This document shows, piece after piece, positions 16,399 through 25,488 of a stretch of 32,000 nt of DNA. The notes under the pieces are model-generated. The model saw only the letters and a program-made list of their open reading frames with translations, did no database searches and was not told where the DNA came from. The position numbers were made by a program, and so were the translations under genes. The DNA lies in NCBI RefSeq assembly GCF_000007185.1, contig NC_003551.1:330001-362000 (forward strand), given 5' to 3'. The stretch comes from Methanopyrus kandleri AV19. GTDB lineage: Archaea > JAADCQ01 > Methanopyri > Methanopyrales > Methanopyraceae. The stretch's first letter is position 1. Every line of letters starts with the position of its first letter.

Positions 16399-16696
16399 GT
16401 CCCTGGACCGTGGGACCCCCTCTCATCCCGGCGCCTCGCGGCGTCGAGGGGGCCCCGCCGGCTCTGTACCGGGGGTCCGTAACGGACGCTCATCGGGTCG
16501 GCTTCGGCCGCCTGACGTCCGTCCCTGGAAGGAATGAGCGTGAAGAGCCTCCGTCGGCGCCGCAATCATCACGTGTCAGGCTCGGGCAAGAGTCTTCATC
16601 GGCTGAACCGTCGACGATGGCGTCGGATTTGAAGATCTCGCTCGAGCGTCACGACGGATCGACCGTGGAAAGGGGCCCTCCGACCTCAGGGACGGA
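16399..16696. ncRNA. Candidate structured non-coding RNA or structured 3' UTR; class and strand unknown
   Basis: This roughly 300-nt gap has no credible ORF in six frames. Many GC helices are visible: 16399-16405/16687-16693; 16416-16422/16446-16452 enclosing 16432-16443; 16475-16487 (GUCCG-UAA-CGGAC); 16486-16493/16534-16541; C(UUCG)G hairpin 16499-16510; 16612-16625; palindrome 16639-16648. A minus-strand T5 tract at 16396-16392 could act as a terminator. Confidence 0.35.
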
Positions 16697-17828
16697 GGAT
16701 GTCGATCTTCCCCTCTTCAACGGCCTCGATCGCTCTCTCCATCAGTTTCTTCGCGAGGTACGCCGAAGACTCACGGGCGACGATCGGGAGCTTCCGTCCT
16801 TCGACTTCGAGCTCCCCTAGGTCGACCTCGACCGCCGGACAGAACTCGTGACAATAACCGCAGTGGAAACAGTCGCCGGTCCGGAGGTCACCGTACGGAT
16901 ACGGGCATTTCTCCTCGAGTCGGCACGGGTCGCAGTTCTCGCAGCGGTCGGGGTTCCAGCGAACCGTCTCCTGTACCCACACGTCGGCGTACGTGGTCTC
17001 CGCGATGGGCGTCCTGTCGGAGAGCTTAACGACCGGCAGGACGGCGTCGGAGTGATCGCGCTCCAGGAACGGGAGCGTCTCCTCGGTGACCGCGATCACC
17101 GAAGCTACGCCGGCTATGTTCTCCGGTCCCGCGGACGTCCGGTACTCACCCATGAAGGTGGGATCACACTCGGTGAGGTTCGCGTGGAGTGTTAAGTTCG
17201 GGCGTTCTCGGGTGCTCCGAGTGCCCTTCCCCGTGATCACCCCGGGAGCCCCGCAAAACAGCACACGTCGGCCGGGTCGATGGAGCCGGAGTTTCGGATC
17301 GTGCTCCAGGGGGTTGTACCCACCGCATCCGCTGAAGGAGGCCTCCCCAGGTTCCAGAGGTCTCGGCGCGAAGATCGTCGACGCGGGTCGTTCGCCATCG
17401 TTGAATATCGCGGAGTAGTTGCGGAAACACGCACGGGTGGACGCGATCATCGCCCGTTCCAGCTCTTCTGGGCCGATCGTCGCTTCGTACTCACGACCGT
17501 CGTCCGCTACGGCGATGACATCGAACTCGTTACCCTCCGCTACGGTACGGAGCAAATAGGCCCCGGAAACGTCCCCGTGAGCCGTGGCCGGGACCACACA
17601 TTCGACGAGTCCGAGGCGCTCGTTAGGGCACGGACCTACGGGCAATCTTATGCCTTCTAAGTACACCTCCTCGAACCGGCGCACTTCACCGGGCTCAGCC
17701 ACGTGGAAGGACAGGATCCCGTAGACACCACTCATCAACCCGACGGTGGCACAAGTGACGGCATCGACGGATCGACGCTCACCTTCGGTCATGTCCCAGA
17801 ACTCGTCGATACGGACGACGGTAGGCAC
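16686..17828 (-). CDS. DUF39/COG1900 (homocysteine-biosynthesis-type) domain fused to a 2x[4Fe-4S] ferredoxin domain; methanogenesis marker 16-like
   Basis: The long N-terminal domain contains VTCATVGLMSG and FCGAPGVITGKGTRS. The C-terminus has CENCDPCRLEEKCP and CFHCGYCHEFCP. The start is GTG. Confidence 0.8.
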   Translation of the reverse strand: MPTVVRIDEFWDMTEGERRSVDAVTCATVGLMSGVYGILSFHVAEPGEVRRFEEVYLEGIRLPVGPCPNERLGLVECVVPATAHGDVSGAYLLRTVAEGNEFDVIAVADDGREYEATIGPEELERAMIASTRACFRNYSAIFNDGERPASTIFAPRPLEPGEASFSGCGGYNPLEHDPKLRLHRPGRRVLFCGAPGVITGKGTRSTRERPNLTLHANLTECDPTFMGEYRTSAGPENIAGVASVIAVTEETLPFLERDHSDAVLPVVKLSDRTPIAETTYADVWVQETVRWNPDRCENCDPCRLEEKCPYPYGDLRTGDCFHCGYCHEFCPAVEVDLGELEVEGRKLPIVARESSAYLAKKLMERAIEAVEEGKIDILRP

Positions 17829-18125
17829 GCCCGATCCCCCCGAGTCTGCCGGACCGCCGTATCTCGGGCATGTACTAAGTTACCGGAACCCCGCTCCGGG
17901 CGAGTAGCGCTCTTCGATGGGATCCAGGCCGTGGTCGTTAGGCTCTCGCGGAAAGACCGTCGCGAAGGTATTCACACCGTCGGAACGGCGGACGGTGGGA
18001 AAGTGGCGGAATAAAGAGGAGGGGTTGTTACAGAAGGAAACGACGCCATGTCGACCGAACGGTACCGATACTGTCGTAACTCGTGAGAACGAAACGGTGT
18101 AGGTATCGCACCGACGATCGAAGGT

Positions 18126-18431
18126 CTAACGGAGCCAGTGGGCACGCTCCGCTATCACGTACCCATCGTCGGACCTGGGTGCGTTCTCGAGCATTTTCTT
18201 CTTGAACTCCCGATCACACCGCGGCTCGTCGTCTTCACGGAACTTGCGTGACCCCTCGGACGTCGTCCACGTCTCGTCCTCCGCGTCGACGTCTTCTAAC
18301 CGTTCCGCGAACTCTTCCAGCAACTCCATAGTTTCCCTTAGGATATCCAAGACATCGACATCGTCACGGTCGGAGGCCAGAGACAGGTACGTGTCGATCT
18401 CGAGGAGTTGCTCCAGCTCCCTTTCCTTCAT
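18126..18431 (-). CDS. Hypothetical small acidic protein
   Basis: This 101-aa Asp/Glu-rich ORF has a start that overlaps the upstream gene's stop by 4 nt. Confidence 0.6.
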   Translation of the reverse strand: MKERELEQLLEIDTYLSLASDRDDVDVLDILRETMELLEEFAERLEDVDAEDETWTTSEGSRKFREDDEPRCDREFKKKMLENAPRSDDGYVIAERAHWLR

Positions 18432-19369
18432 AACGAGACCCCCAGCAACTCTCCGGACCGCGCGACGAGTTCGTCGTCCAGGTAAAGCTCGAACTCCTTA
18501 ATAACCGCATCGAGATGCACCCGTGAGCTTACTCGCCCGCTAAACGTGCTGTTGTCCCCGAACCCCATGTGGACTGTCCCGTAGACCTTCTCGTCCTCCA
18601 GTACCACGCCGCACAGCTTCGCCCCGGGGTTGGTGCCCACTCCCAGCTCGCACAGCATTTCTCCGTTCTCGATCCGGCGGATCAGCCGGACGAACTCGAG
18701 ATCCTCCCGCGAGACTTCGACCACTCGACCCTCCGAGATCTCGAGCTCCAGAGGCTCATCAAGGATTCCATCCGGTGCCACGCTACCGTCGATACGGACG
18801 CACCCTTCCGCCGACCCTTCGATCGGTGCTACGAAAGCCTCTCCGGCCGGGAGGTTACCGAATTCCCCGGGATCCCGCAGGTTCCCGTCGTCCGCCAACG
18901 CCTCCCGTCCACCGATGTCCATCACGAGCTCGCCCGCCGGGGTCACCAGACGCACTTCAGAGGCCTCAGTGAGGAGTTCAGCGAGTTCTCGGGACAAACG
19001 CCTCAGCTCCTCGTAATCGACGTCGATAGCACGCTCCGCGATTTCACGTGTGAGTTCGGGCATCGATGCCACCCTAGCCCCAGCCTCGCAGGCCCGTCGC
19101 CGGGCCTCCGTGTGGGATATCGACCAAGAGGTGACGGCGGCGACGGCGTCGGAGCTCCTCATCATGGCCGCGACGTGATCCGGGGGCTCCTCGCCGTGGG
19201 TTTCCCTGGGATCGACGACGACTAGTGCTCGATCCGTCCCCTCGGCGGCCTCGAACAGCTCGCGGCCTAGTTCCTCCATCTCGGGATCGGTCAACACCAG
19301 GAAGCGCTCGCCTTCGGAGAGTCTCAGGCACTCTCGGACGACCCGTTCAGCCCAGCCCAAACCGACCAC
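18428..19369 (-). CDS. Aminopeptidase, M29 (AmpS/PepS, thermophilic metalloprotease) family
   Basis: GNLPAGEAFVAP, ELGVGTNP and VLEDEKVYGTVHMGFG...HLD match the COG2309/M29 metal-binding blocks. The start is GTG. Confidence 0.85.
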   Translation of the reverse strand: MVGLGWAERVVRECLRLSEGERFLVLTDPEMEELGRELFEAAEGTDRALVVVDPRETHGEEPPDHVAAMMRSSDAVAAVTSWSISHTEARRRACEAGARVASMPELTREIAERAIDVDYEELRRLSRELAELLTEASEVRLVTPAGELVMDIGGREALADDGNLRDPGEFGNLPAGEAFVAPIEGSAEGCVRIDGSVAPDGILDEPLELEISEGRVVEVSREDLEFVRLIRRIENGEMLCELGVGTNPGAKLCGVVLEDEKVYGTVHMGFGDNSTFSGRVSSRVHLDAVIKEFELYLDDELVARSGELLGVSL

Positions 19370-19584
19370 CCGCGTGACATCACACCTCTGAAAACTGAGC
19401 TACCGCATCTGCGCGGTCCCGGGCCGGTGAAGACGGACGACGTCACGATGTGCGGAGAAGGTGTTACAATGGCTTCATCTCATGAGCTAGAGGCGACATG
19501 GCATCTCCGATCGATAGACCGTGTCTTTCGTACACCGACCAACTGTTAGGCGTGAAAGGGAAGCCCGACGATCCTGGTATCACC

Positions 19585-21062
<1,478 letters not shown>

Positions 21063-21080
21063 CTCTTCGGGGGATGTACC

Positions 21081-22025
21081 ATGTTCGACCCGAAAAAGTT
21101 CGTCGAAGAGGCTATCGAGGAGTTACGCCGGGAGATAGGGGATAGGAAAGCCATCATCGCCGTATCCGGCGGCGTCGATAGCACCACCGCCGCCGTTTTA
21201 ACACATCGGGCCATCGGGAGCCACCTGGTGTGCGTGTTCGTCGATCACGGTTTCATGCGCAAGGGCGAGCCGGAGCGCATCCGCGAGCTACTGGAAGAAG
21301 AACTGGGTTTGAACCTCCGGTTCGTCGAAGCCGCCGAGGAGTTCTTCGAGGCACTCCGAGGGGTCACCGATCCCGAGGAGAAGAGGAAAATCATCGGAGA
21401 GAAGTTCATCGAAGTGTTCGAGCGGATAGCGGAGGAGGAAGAAGCTGAAGTGCTCGTTCAAGGTACGATCGCACCCGATATCATCGAGTCCGAGCGTGGA
21501 ATCAAGTCCCACCACAACGTCGGTGGACTGCCCGAAAAGCTGAACCTCGACGTCGTGGAACCACTTCGGGACCTATACAAGGATGAGGTGAGGGAAGTGG
21601 CTCGCTACCTAGGAATACCCGATGAAATCGTGGAGCGCATGCCGTTCCCCGGCCCCGGTCTCGCAGTTCGAGTGCTCGGGGAGGTAACGCCTGAGAAGGT
21701 CGAGATCGTGCGTGAGGCGAACGCTATCGTGGAAGAAGAGGTCGAGAAGGCCGTCGAAGAGGGGAAGATGTCGAAGCCGTGGCAGGCCTTCGCTGCACTC
21801 CTGGACTGCAAGGCCACCGGAGTGAAAGGTGACGAGCGGGACTACGGATGGGTCATCGCCGTTCGGATCGTCGAATCGATCGACGCGATGATAGCGGACG
21901 TACCCGAGGTTCCGTGGGAGGTCCTCCGCAACATTCAGGACCGGATCACCAGCGAGGTACCTGAGGTAACCAGAGTTTTGTTCGACATAACCCCTAAACC
22001 CCCTGCAACGATCGAGTTCGAGTGA
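21081..22025 (+). CDS. guaA: GMP synthase (glutamine-hydrolysing) subunit B, ATP pyrophosphatase domain
   Basis: The PP-loop is [21 protein letters not shown] and the C-terminal KPPATIEFE are also present. The start is ATG 21081, internal to track ORF 20982..22025. Confidence 0.95.
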   Translation: MFDPKKFVEEAIEELRREIGDRKAIIAVSGGVDSTTAAVLTHRAIGSHLVCVFVDHGFMRKGEPERIRELLEEELGLNLRFVEAAEEFFEALRGVTDPEEKRKIIGEKFIEVFERIAEEEEAEVLVQGTIAPDIIESERGIKSHHNVGGLPEKLNLDVVEPLRDLYKDEVREVARYLGIPDEIVERMPFPGPGLAVRVLGEVTPEKVEIVREANAIVEEEVEKAVEEGKMSKPWQAFAALLDCKATGVKGDERDYGWVIAVRIVESIDAMIADVPEVPWEVLRNIQDRITSEVPEVTRVLFDITPKPPATIEFE

Positions 22026-22037
22026 GGGGGACGCGCG

Positions 22038-22766
22038 TTGGCTTTCGTCGTCATCCCCTCGGTCGATGTAGTCGAGGGGAAGTGTGTGCAGCTTGTCGAA
22101 GGAGATCCGGAACGGAGGACGTTCGAGTCCGATGACCCCGTGGAAACCGCGCACCAGTGGTCCGAGTTTTTCCCCTGGATTCACGTGGTGGACGTCGACG
22201 CGGCACGCGGTGAGGGGGATAACTCGGATATCATCGGACGGATCTGCGAGGAGGTCGACGCCAAGGTGCAGGTGGGTGGCGGGATCCGTTCCGCCGAACG
22301 CGCGGAAGAGCTCATCGAGCTGGGTGCCGATCGTCTGATAGTGGGAACCGTGGCGTTCACCGATAAGGATGATTTCTCGAAGATCGTCGACGTGTGTCAC
22401 GATCACGGTATCGAGGTATTCGTGGCACTGGACGTCAACGAGAACCATGAGGTGCTAGTCAGCGGGTGGAAGGAGGACGCGGGAGTCACCCTGGAAGACG
22501 CCATAGAGCGCTTCAACGAAGTTGCCGACGGGTATCTGACCACCGCGGTGCACGTCGAGGGTAAGGAAATGGGTATCGACGAAAAAGTCGTTGAGAAGTC
22601 GACCGGTGCCACGGATCTCCCCGTGTTGTACGCCGGTGGAATAGCTTCGATCAAGGACGTGAAGCGGGCCAAGGAGGCCGGAGCGTACGGGGTAGTGATC
22701 GGGACCGCCCTGTACCACGGGGACATCGATCCCGTGGCACTACTTGATCTCATGGAGGAGGATTAG
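22038..22766 (+). CDS. hisA: ProFAR isomerase (histidine biosynthesis HisA)
   Basis: IPSVDVVEGKCVQLVEG, VQVGGGIRS and YAGGIASIKDV are the HisA (beta-alpha)8 phosphate-binding motifs. The start is TTG. Confidence 0.95.
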   Translation: MAFVVIPSVDVVEGKCVQLVEGDPERRTFESDDPVETAHQWSEFFPWIHVVDVDAARGEGDNSDIIGRICEEVDAKVQVGGGIRSAERAEELIELGADRLIVGTVAFTDKDDFSKIVDVCHDHGIEVFVALDVNENHEVLVSGWKEDAGVTLEDAIERFNEVADGYLTTAVHVEGKEMGIDEKVVEKSTGATDLPVLYAGGIASIKDVKRAKEAGAYGVVIGTALYHGDIDPVALLDLMEED

Positions 22767-23614
22767 GGTATCATCCTCTCGATGGGGAGGACGATGATAC
22801 CTTCTGCACCCAACTCTTTGGCCCTGAGTACGACCTCCGACACGTCCTCCTCGTTCACTACCGCGTAGACCTCGACCATGTCCTCGTCCCCGTATATTTC
22901 CGACACCGTGGGACCTGTCACACCCGGCAACAGCTCGTGGAACTCCTCCAACCGCTCTCGAGGTACGTTCATCATGACGAGGCACTTTCCATCGGCGTTG
23001 AGAACACCCTTCAACGACAGGTAAACTCGCCGGATCACCTCACCGTCCGTCGCGTCGGGATTGGCGATCAACCGTGCGGAGGTCTCCAGCAGTTCGTCAA
23101 CAACACGAAGCCTGTTGACCTTGAGCGTAGTCCCCGTGCTGCACAGGTCCACGATCGCGTCCGCGACTCCTATCCTCGGCATGATCTCGGTGGCTCCTGA
23201 CACCTGGATGATCTCCACGTCCACACCGACGTCCTCGAAGTACTGCCGGGCGATGTTGGGGAACTCCGTGGCGACGGTACCACCGTCGAGGTCTTCCGGG
23301 GACTTCACATCCGACTCTTCGGGTACCGCGAGCACCAGCCGCGCCCGACCGAACCGTAGATCGAGTAGCTCCTTCACCTCCGCCCCGGCCTCCACGATAA
23401 GGTCGTATCCAGTGATCCCGAGTTGCGCCACTCCCTCTTCCACTAGCCGAGGGATATCCGCGGCCCTGACGAACATGACCTCGATATCGGGGTCCGTGGT
23501 TCTGGCCTTGAGACGGCGTCCCAGAGGCTCCTCTACGCCGATTCCCGCGCGCTCGAGGAGCTTGAGCGCCGGCTCGTGTAGGCGTCCTTTGTTGGGTACC
23601 GCTACGGTTATCAC
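22763..23614 (-). CDS. hisG: ATP phosphoribosyltransferase (long form with C-terminal regulatory domain)
   Basis: VAVPNKGRL, FVRAADIPRLV, DAIVDLCSTGTTLK and a C-terminal HisG_C-like region are present. I chose GTG 23614, which has GGAGGG 5 nt upstream. The Ser-rich 83-codon extension in the track ORF is not credible. Confidence 0.93.
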   Translation of the reverse strand: MITVAVPNKGRLHEPALKLLERAGIGVEEPLGRRLKARTTDPDIEVMFVRAADIPRLVEEGVAQLGITGYDLIVEAGAEVKELLDLRFGRARLVLAVPEESDVKSPEDLDGGTVATEFPNIARQYFEDVGVDVEIIQVSGATEIMPRIGVADAIVDLCSTGTTLKVNRLRVVDELLETSARLIANPDATDGEVIRRVYLSLKGVLNADGKCLVMMNVPRERLEEFHELLPGVTGPTVSEIYGDEDMVEVYAVVNEEDVSEVVLRAKELGAEGIIVLPIERMIP

Positions 23615-23644
23615 TTGCGCCCTCCGTCGACGTCCCAGCCGCAG

Positions 23645-23652
23645 GATATAAC
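23645..23652. promoter_or_regulatory. Palindromic TATA-like element GATATAAC in the 58-bp hisG/deaminase divergent gap
   Basis: This is the only AT-rich element in the gap. It lies 27 nt upstream of TTG 23673, which implies a leaderless or near-leaderless transcript. It lies about 30 nt upstream of the hisG start on the other strand. Confidence 0.4.
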
Positions 23653-23672
23653 GGTACCCGGGGACCTCGGAC

Positions 23673-24968
23673 TTGAGGCTCGCGATACTAGGAGGCATCG
23701 CGGTAACTCCGGAGCGCGTGATCGAAGACGCCGGAATTCTGATCGACGAAGACGGCCGGATCTCGTTCGTGGACACCCGAGAACAGCTCGAGGAGTGTGA
23801 AGACTGGGAGGACGAAATAGAGCTCGGAGAGAAGGACGTTATCATGCCGGGCTTGATCAACACTCACACACACGGTCCCATGACGCTGTTTCGAGGCGTC
23901 GCCGATGATATGCCACTGATGAAGTGGTTGAGGGAAGAGATATGGCCACTAGAGGAGCGCCTCGACGCCGAGAAGTGCCGATGGGGAGCGGCGCTCGCGG
24001 CTATGGAGGCCCTCAAGTCCGGCACTACCTGTCTCGCCGACATGTACTTCTTCATGGACGCCGTAGCCGAGGCCTACGCCGAAGTCGGCATCCGCGCGGT
24101 GATCTCCCACGGCATGATTGACCTCGGCGAGGAGGATAAGCGGGAGGAGGAGCTGAAAGAGTCGAAACGCGTGTACCGCAAGTGCCAAGGGATGGAAGGA
24201 CTCATCGAGTTCTCGCTAGGACCGCATGCCCCCTACACATGCTCGGAGGAGTTGCTCAAGGAGGTCCGGCGCTTAGCGGACGAGTGGGGCGTTAAAATTC
24301 AGATCCACGTGGCCGAAACTGAGGACGAGGTAAAAGAGGTGAAACGGAAGCACGGGAAGCGACCGGTAGAGTACCTGGACGAAATCGGACTGCTTGGTGA
24401 CGACGTTATAGCCGCCCACTGCGTGTGGCTCGATGATAAAGAAATTGAAATATTATCGAAGAGAGGAGTAATAGTCTCACACAATCCAATCAGTAACATG
24501 AAGTTGGCTTCAGGTATCAGCCCCGTACCTGAAATGCTCGAGAGAGGCGTCAACGTCACTATAGGTACAGACGGGTGTGCTAGCAACAACAACCTCGATA
24601 TGTTGGAGGAGATCAAAGTAGCAGCTCTGTTACATAAAGTGAATAAGATGGATCCGTCGGCCACGGAAATGTTGGAGATCCTGAGGATGGCGACGGTGAG
24701 GGCGGGTACGGTCTTCTCGAGCGAGAAGATAGGAGCCATCGAGGAAGGTTACGCGGCAGACCTAGTAGTTTTAGACGGTAGTTCTCCCAGACTGAATCCC
24801 AATCACAACCCGATCTCAAACATTGTATACTCAGCCTCAGGATCGGACGTGAAGCATGTGTTCGTGGCAGGAGAACTCGTAGTGAAGAACGGAAAACTCG
24901 TTAAAGCAGACGAGCAAGAAATACTGGAAAACTCCACCGAGTGCGCAGAACAACTCACCTCCTCATGA
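23673..24968 (+). CDS. mtaD: 5'-methylthioadenosine/S-adenosylhomocysteine (5'-deoxyadenosine) deaminase, amidohydrolase family
   Basis: PGLINTHTHGPMT (HxH metal site), HVAETEDE, HCVWL and TDGCASNN are the MtaD/DadD-type amidohydrolase motifs. The start is TTG. Confidence 0.9.
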   Translation: MRLAILGGIAVTPERVIEDAGILIDEDGRISFVDTREQLEECEDWEDEIELGEKDVIMPGLINTHTHGPMTLFRGVADDMPLMKWLREEIWPLEERLDAEKCRWGAALAAMEALKSGTTCLADMYFFMDAVAEAYAEVGIRAVISHGMIDLGEEDKREEELKESKRVYRKCQGMEGLIEFSLGPHAPYTCSEELLKEVRRLADEWGVKIQIHVAETEDEVKEVKRKHGKRPVEYLDEIGLLGDDVIAAHCVWLDDKEIEILSKRGVIVSHNPISNMKLASGISPVPEMLERGVNVTIGTDGCASNNNLDMLEEIKVAALLHKVNKMDPSATEMLEILRMATVRAGTVFSSEKIGAIEEGYAADLVVLDGSSPRLNPNHNPISNIVYSASGSDVKHVFVAGELVVKNGKLVKADEQEILENSTECAEQLTSS

Positions 24969-25488
24969 GTCTAACTCCCAGGTAAATCGCCGCTCCCGCT
25001 AGCACTACTACTAGAAGCGCCACTAACACCCACGCTGCGGACTTCGACGACAACCTCTTAAGTTTCTTCTTTAGTCCTTCATTTAGCTTTCTGATCTTCT
25101 TTTTTATCTCTTCAGTCACTGTTCCTTTGCCACCTCTCTTCTCCTCTTCACTCCCCTTGCTTACCTTCTTCCCTTCCTCGCTCCCGCCTCCACCGGCATG
25201 CCCACCGGCCGTACTCCCGTGCTCTTGTTCGCTATGTTTATGTTCGCTATGTTCTCCACCCTTAGTGCCCCCTCCGCCGTGTCCTCCCCCCACGCCGGCG
25301 GAGCCGGCCGGCGAGGGGTGTGAGGCGGGCGGAGGGGGCGCTTGGGTTTCCCCTCCGGAATGTGAAGATCCACCTCCGGTTCCTCCGCCGGAAGGGATGG
25401 ACGGCGGCGGTGGTGGCAGTGTCTGCGCCTGAGCCGCGCTTATCGCTATCAGGACCAGCGCCGCGAGAGCCACAGCAGCGCGCCGCAA
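24955..25488 (-). CDS. Secreted low-complexity Pro/Gly/His-rich protein with a Lys-rich helix and a C-terminal TM anchor
   Basis: A signal peptide (MRRAAVALAALVLIAISAAQA) is followed by PPPPPS, GGG runs and HSEHKHSEQEH, then a KKKIRKLNEGLKKKLKRL helix and the anchor AAWVLVALLVVVLAGAAIYLGV. The opposite-strand Pro-rich ORF was rejected. Confidence 0.65.
   Translation of the reverse strand: MRRAAVALAALVLIAISAAQAQTLPPPPPSIPSGGGTGGGSSHSGGETQAPPPPASHPSPAGSAGVGGGHGGGGTKGGEHSEHKHSEQEHGSTAGGHAGGGGSEEGKKVSKGSEEEKRGGKGTVTEEIKKKIRKLNEGLKKKLKRLSSKSAAWVLVALLVVVLAGAAIYLGVRLMRR
25226..25253. repeat. Direct repeat TGTTCGCTATGTT x2 with a 15-nt period, inside the His-rich coding segment
   Basis: The two copies were read directly at 25226-25238 and 25241-25253. 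On the minus strand they encode the repeated (K/E)HSE(H/Q) units. Confidence 0.8.

Noticed and set aside
16560-16610. C/D-box sRNA on the minus strand (GUGAUGA at 16572-16566, CGAUGAA, CUGA)
   Set aside because: No properly spaced D box (CUGA) follows the GUGAUGA. At the 12-nt position the sequence is CGGA. No terminal stem flanks the boxes.
16390-16700. Identification of the structured gap as SRP (7S) RNA or RNase P RNA
   Set aside because: Partial resemblances exist: CUGGAAGGAAUGAGCG on the plus strand versus the SRP helix 8 GGAAGGAAGCAGC, and GAUGAGCG...ACAGAGCCGGC on the minus strand versus RNase P CR-IV/V. However, the universal SRP AGG/AGCA loop and the universal RNase P GAGGAAAGUCC element are both absent, so neither call is supportable by eye.
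16323-16820. Track ORFs 16323..16565 (minus) and 16389..16820 (plus) as protein genes
   Set aside because: Both give Arg/Pro/Gly/Ser-rich low-complexity translations typical of random frames in GC-rich DNA. The plus-strand ORF also runs antisense into the DUF39-ferredoxin gene.
17829-18125. 297-bp intergenic gap scanned for an RNA gene (GGAAAGACCG, GGGAAAGTGGCGG and ACAGAAGG resemble RNase P CR motifs)
   Set aside because: The motifs lie only about 35-60 nt apart and in no consistent helical context. The gap more plausibly holds the terminator (CTCTTTATTCC on the minus strand) and the promoter (TAACTTAGTACA) of the flanking minus-strand genes.
19381-19420. tRNA D-arm-like GGTAGCTCAGT on the minus strand
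   Set aside because: The matching GAGC strand and the rest of a cloverleaf are missing. The resemblance is most likely chance within the aminopeptidase promoter region.
23615-23863. 83-codon N-terminal extension of the hisG track ORF
   Set aside because: It is Ser-rich low complexity that overlaps the divergent deaminase gene. HisG homology starts at VITVAVPNKGRL, with a good Shine-Dalgarno sequence before GTG 23614.
25127-25432. Plus-strand Pro/Cys-rich 101-aa ORF
   Set aside because: It is the mirror image of the minus-strand Gly/His-rich gene. Unlike this ORF, the minus-strand gene has a signal peptide and a C-terminal anchor.
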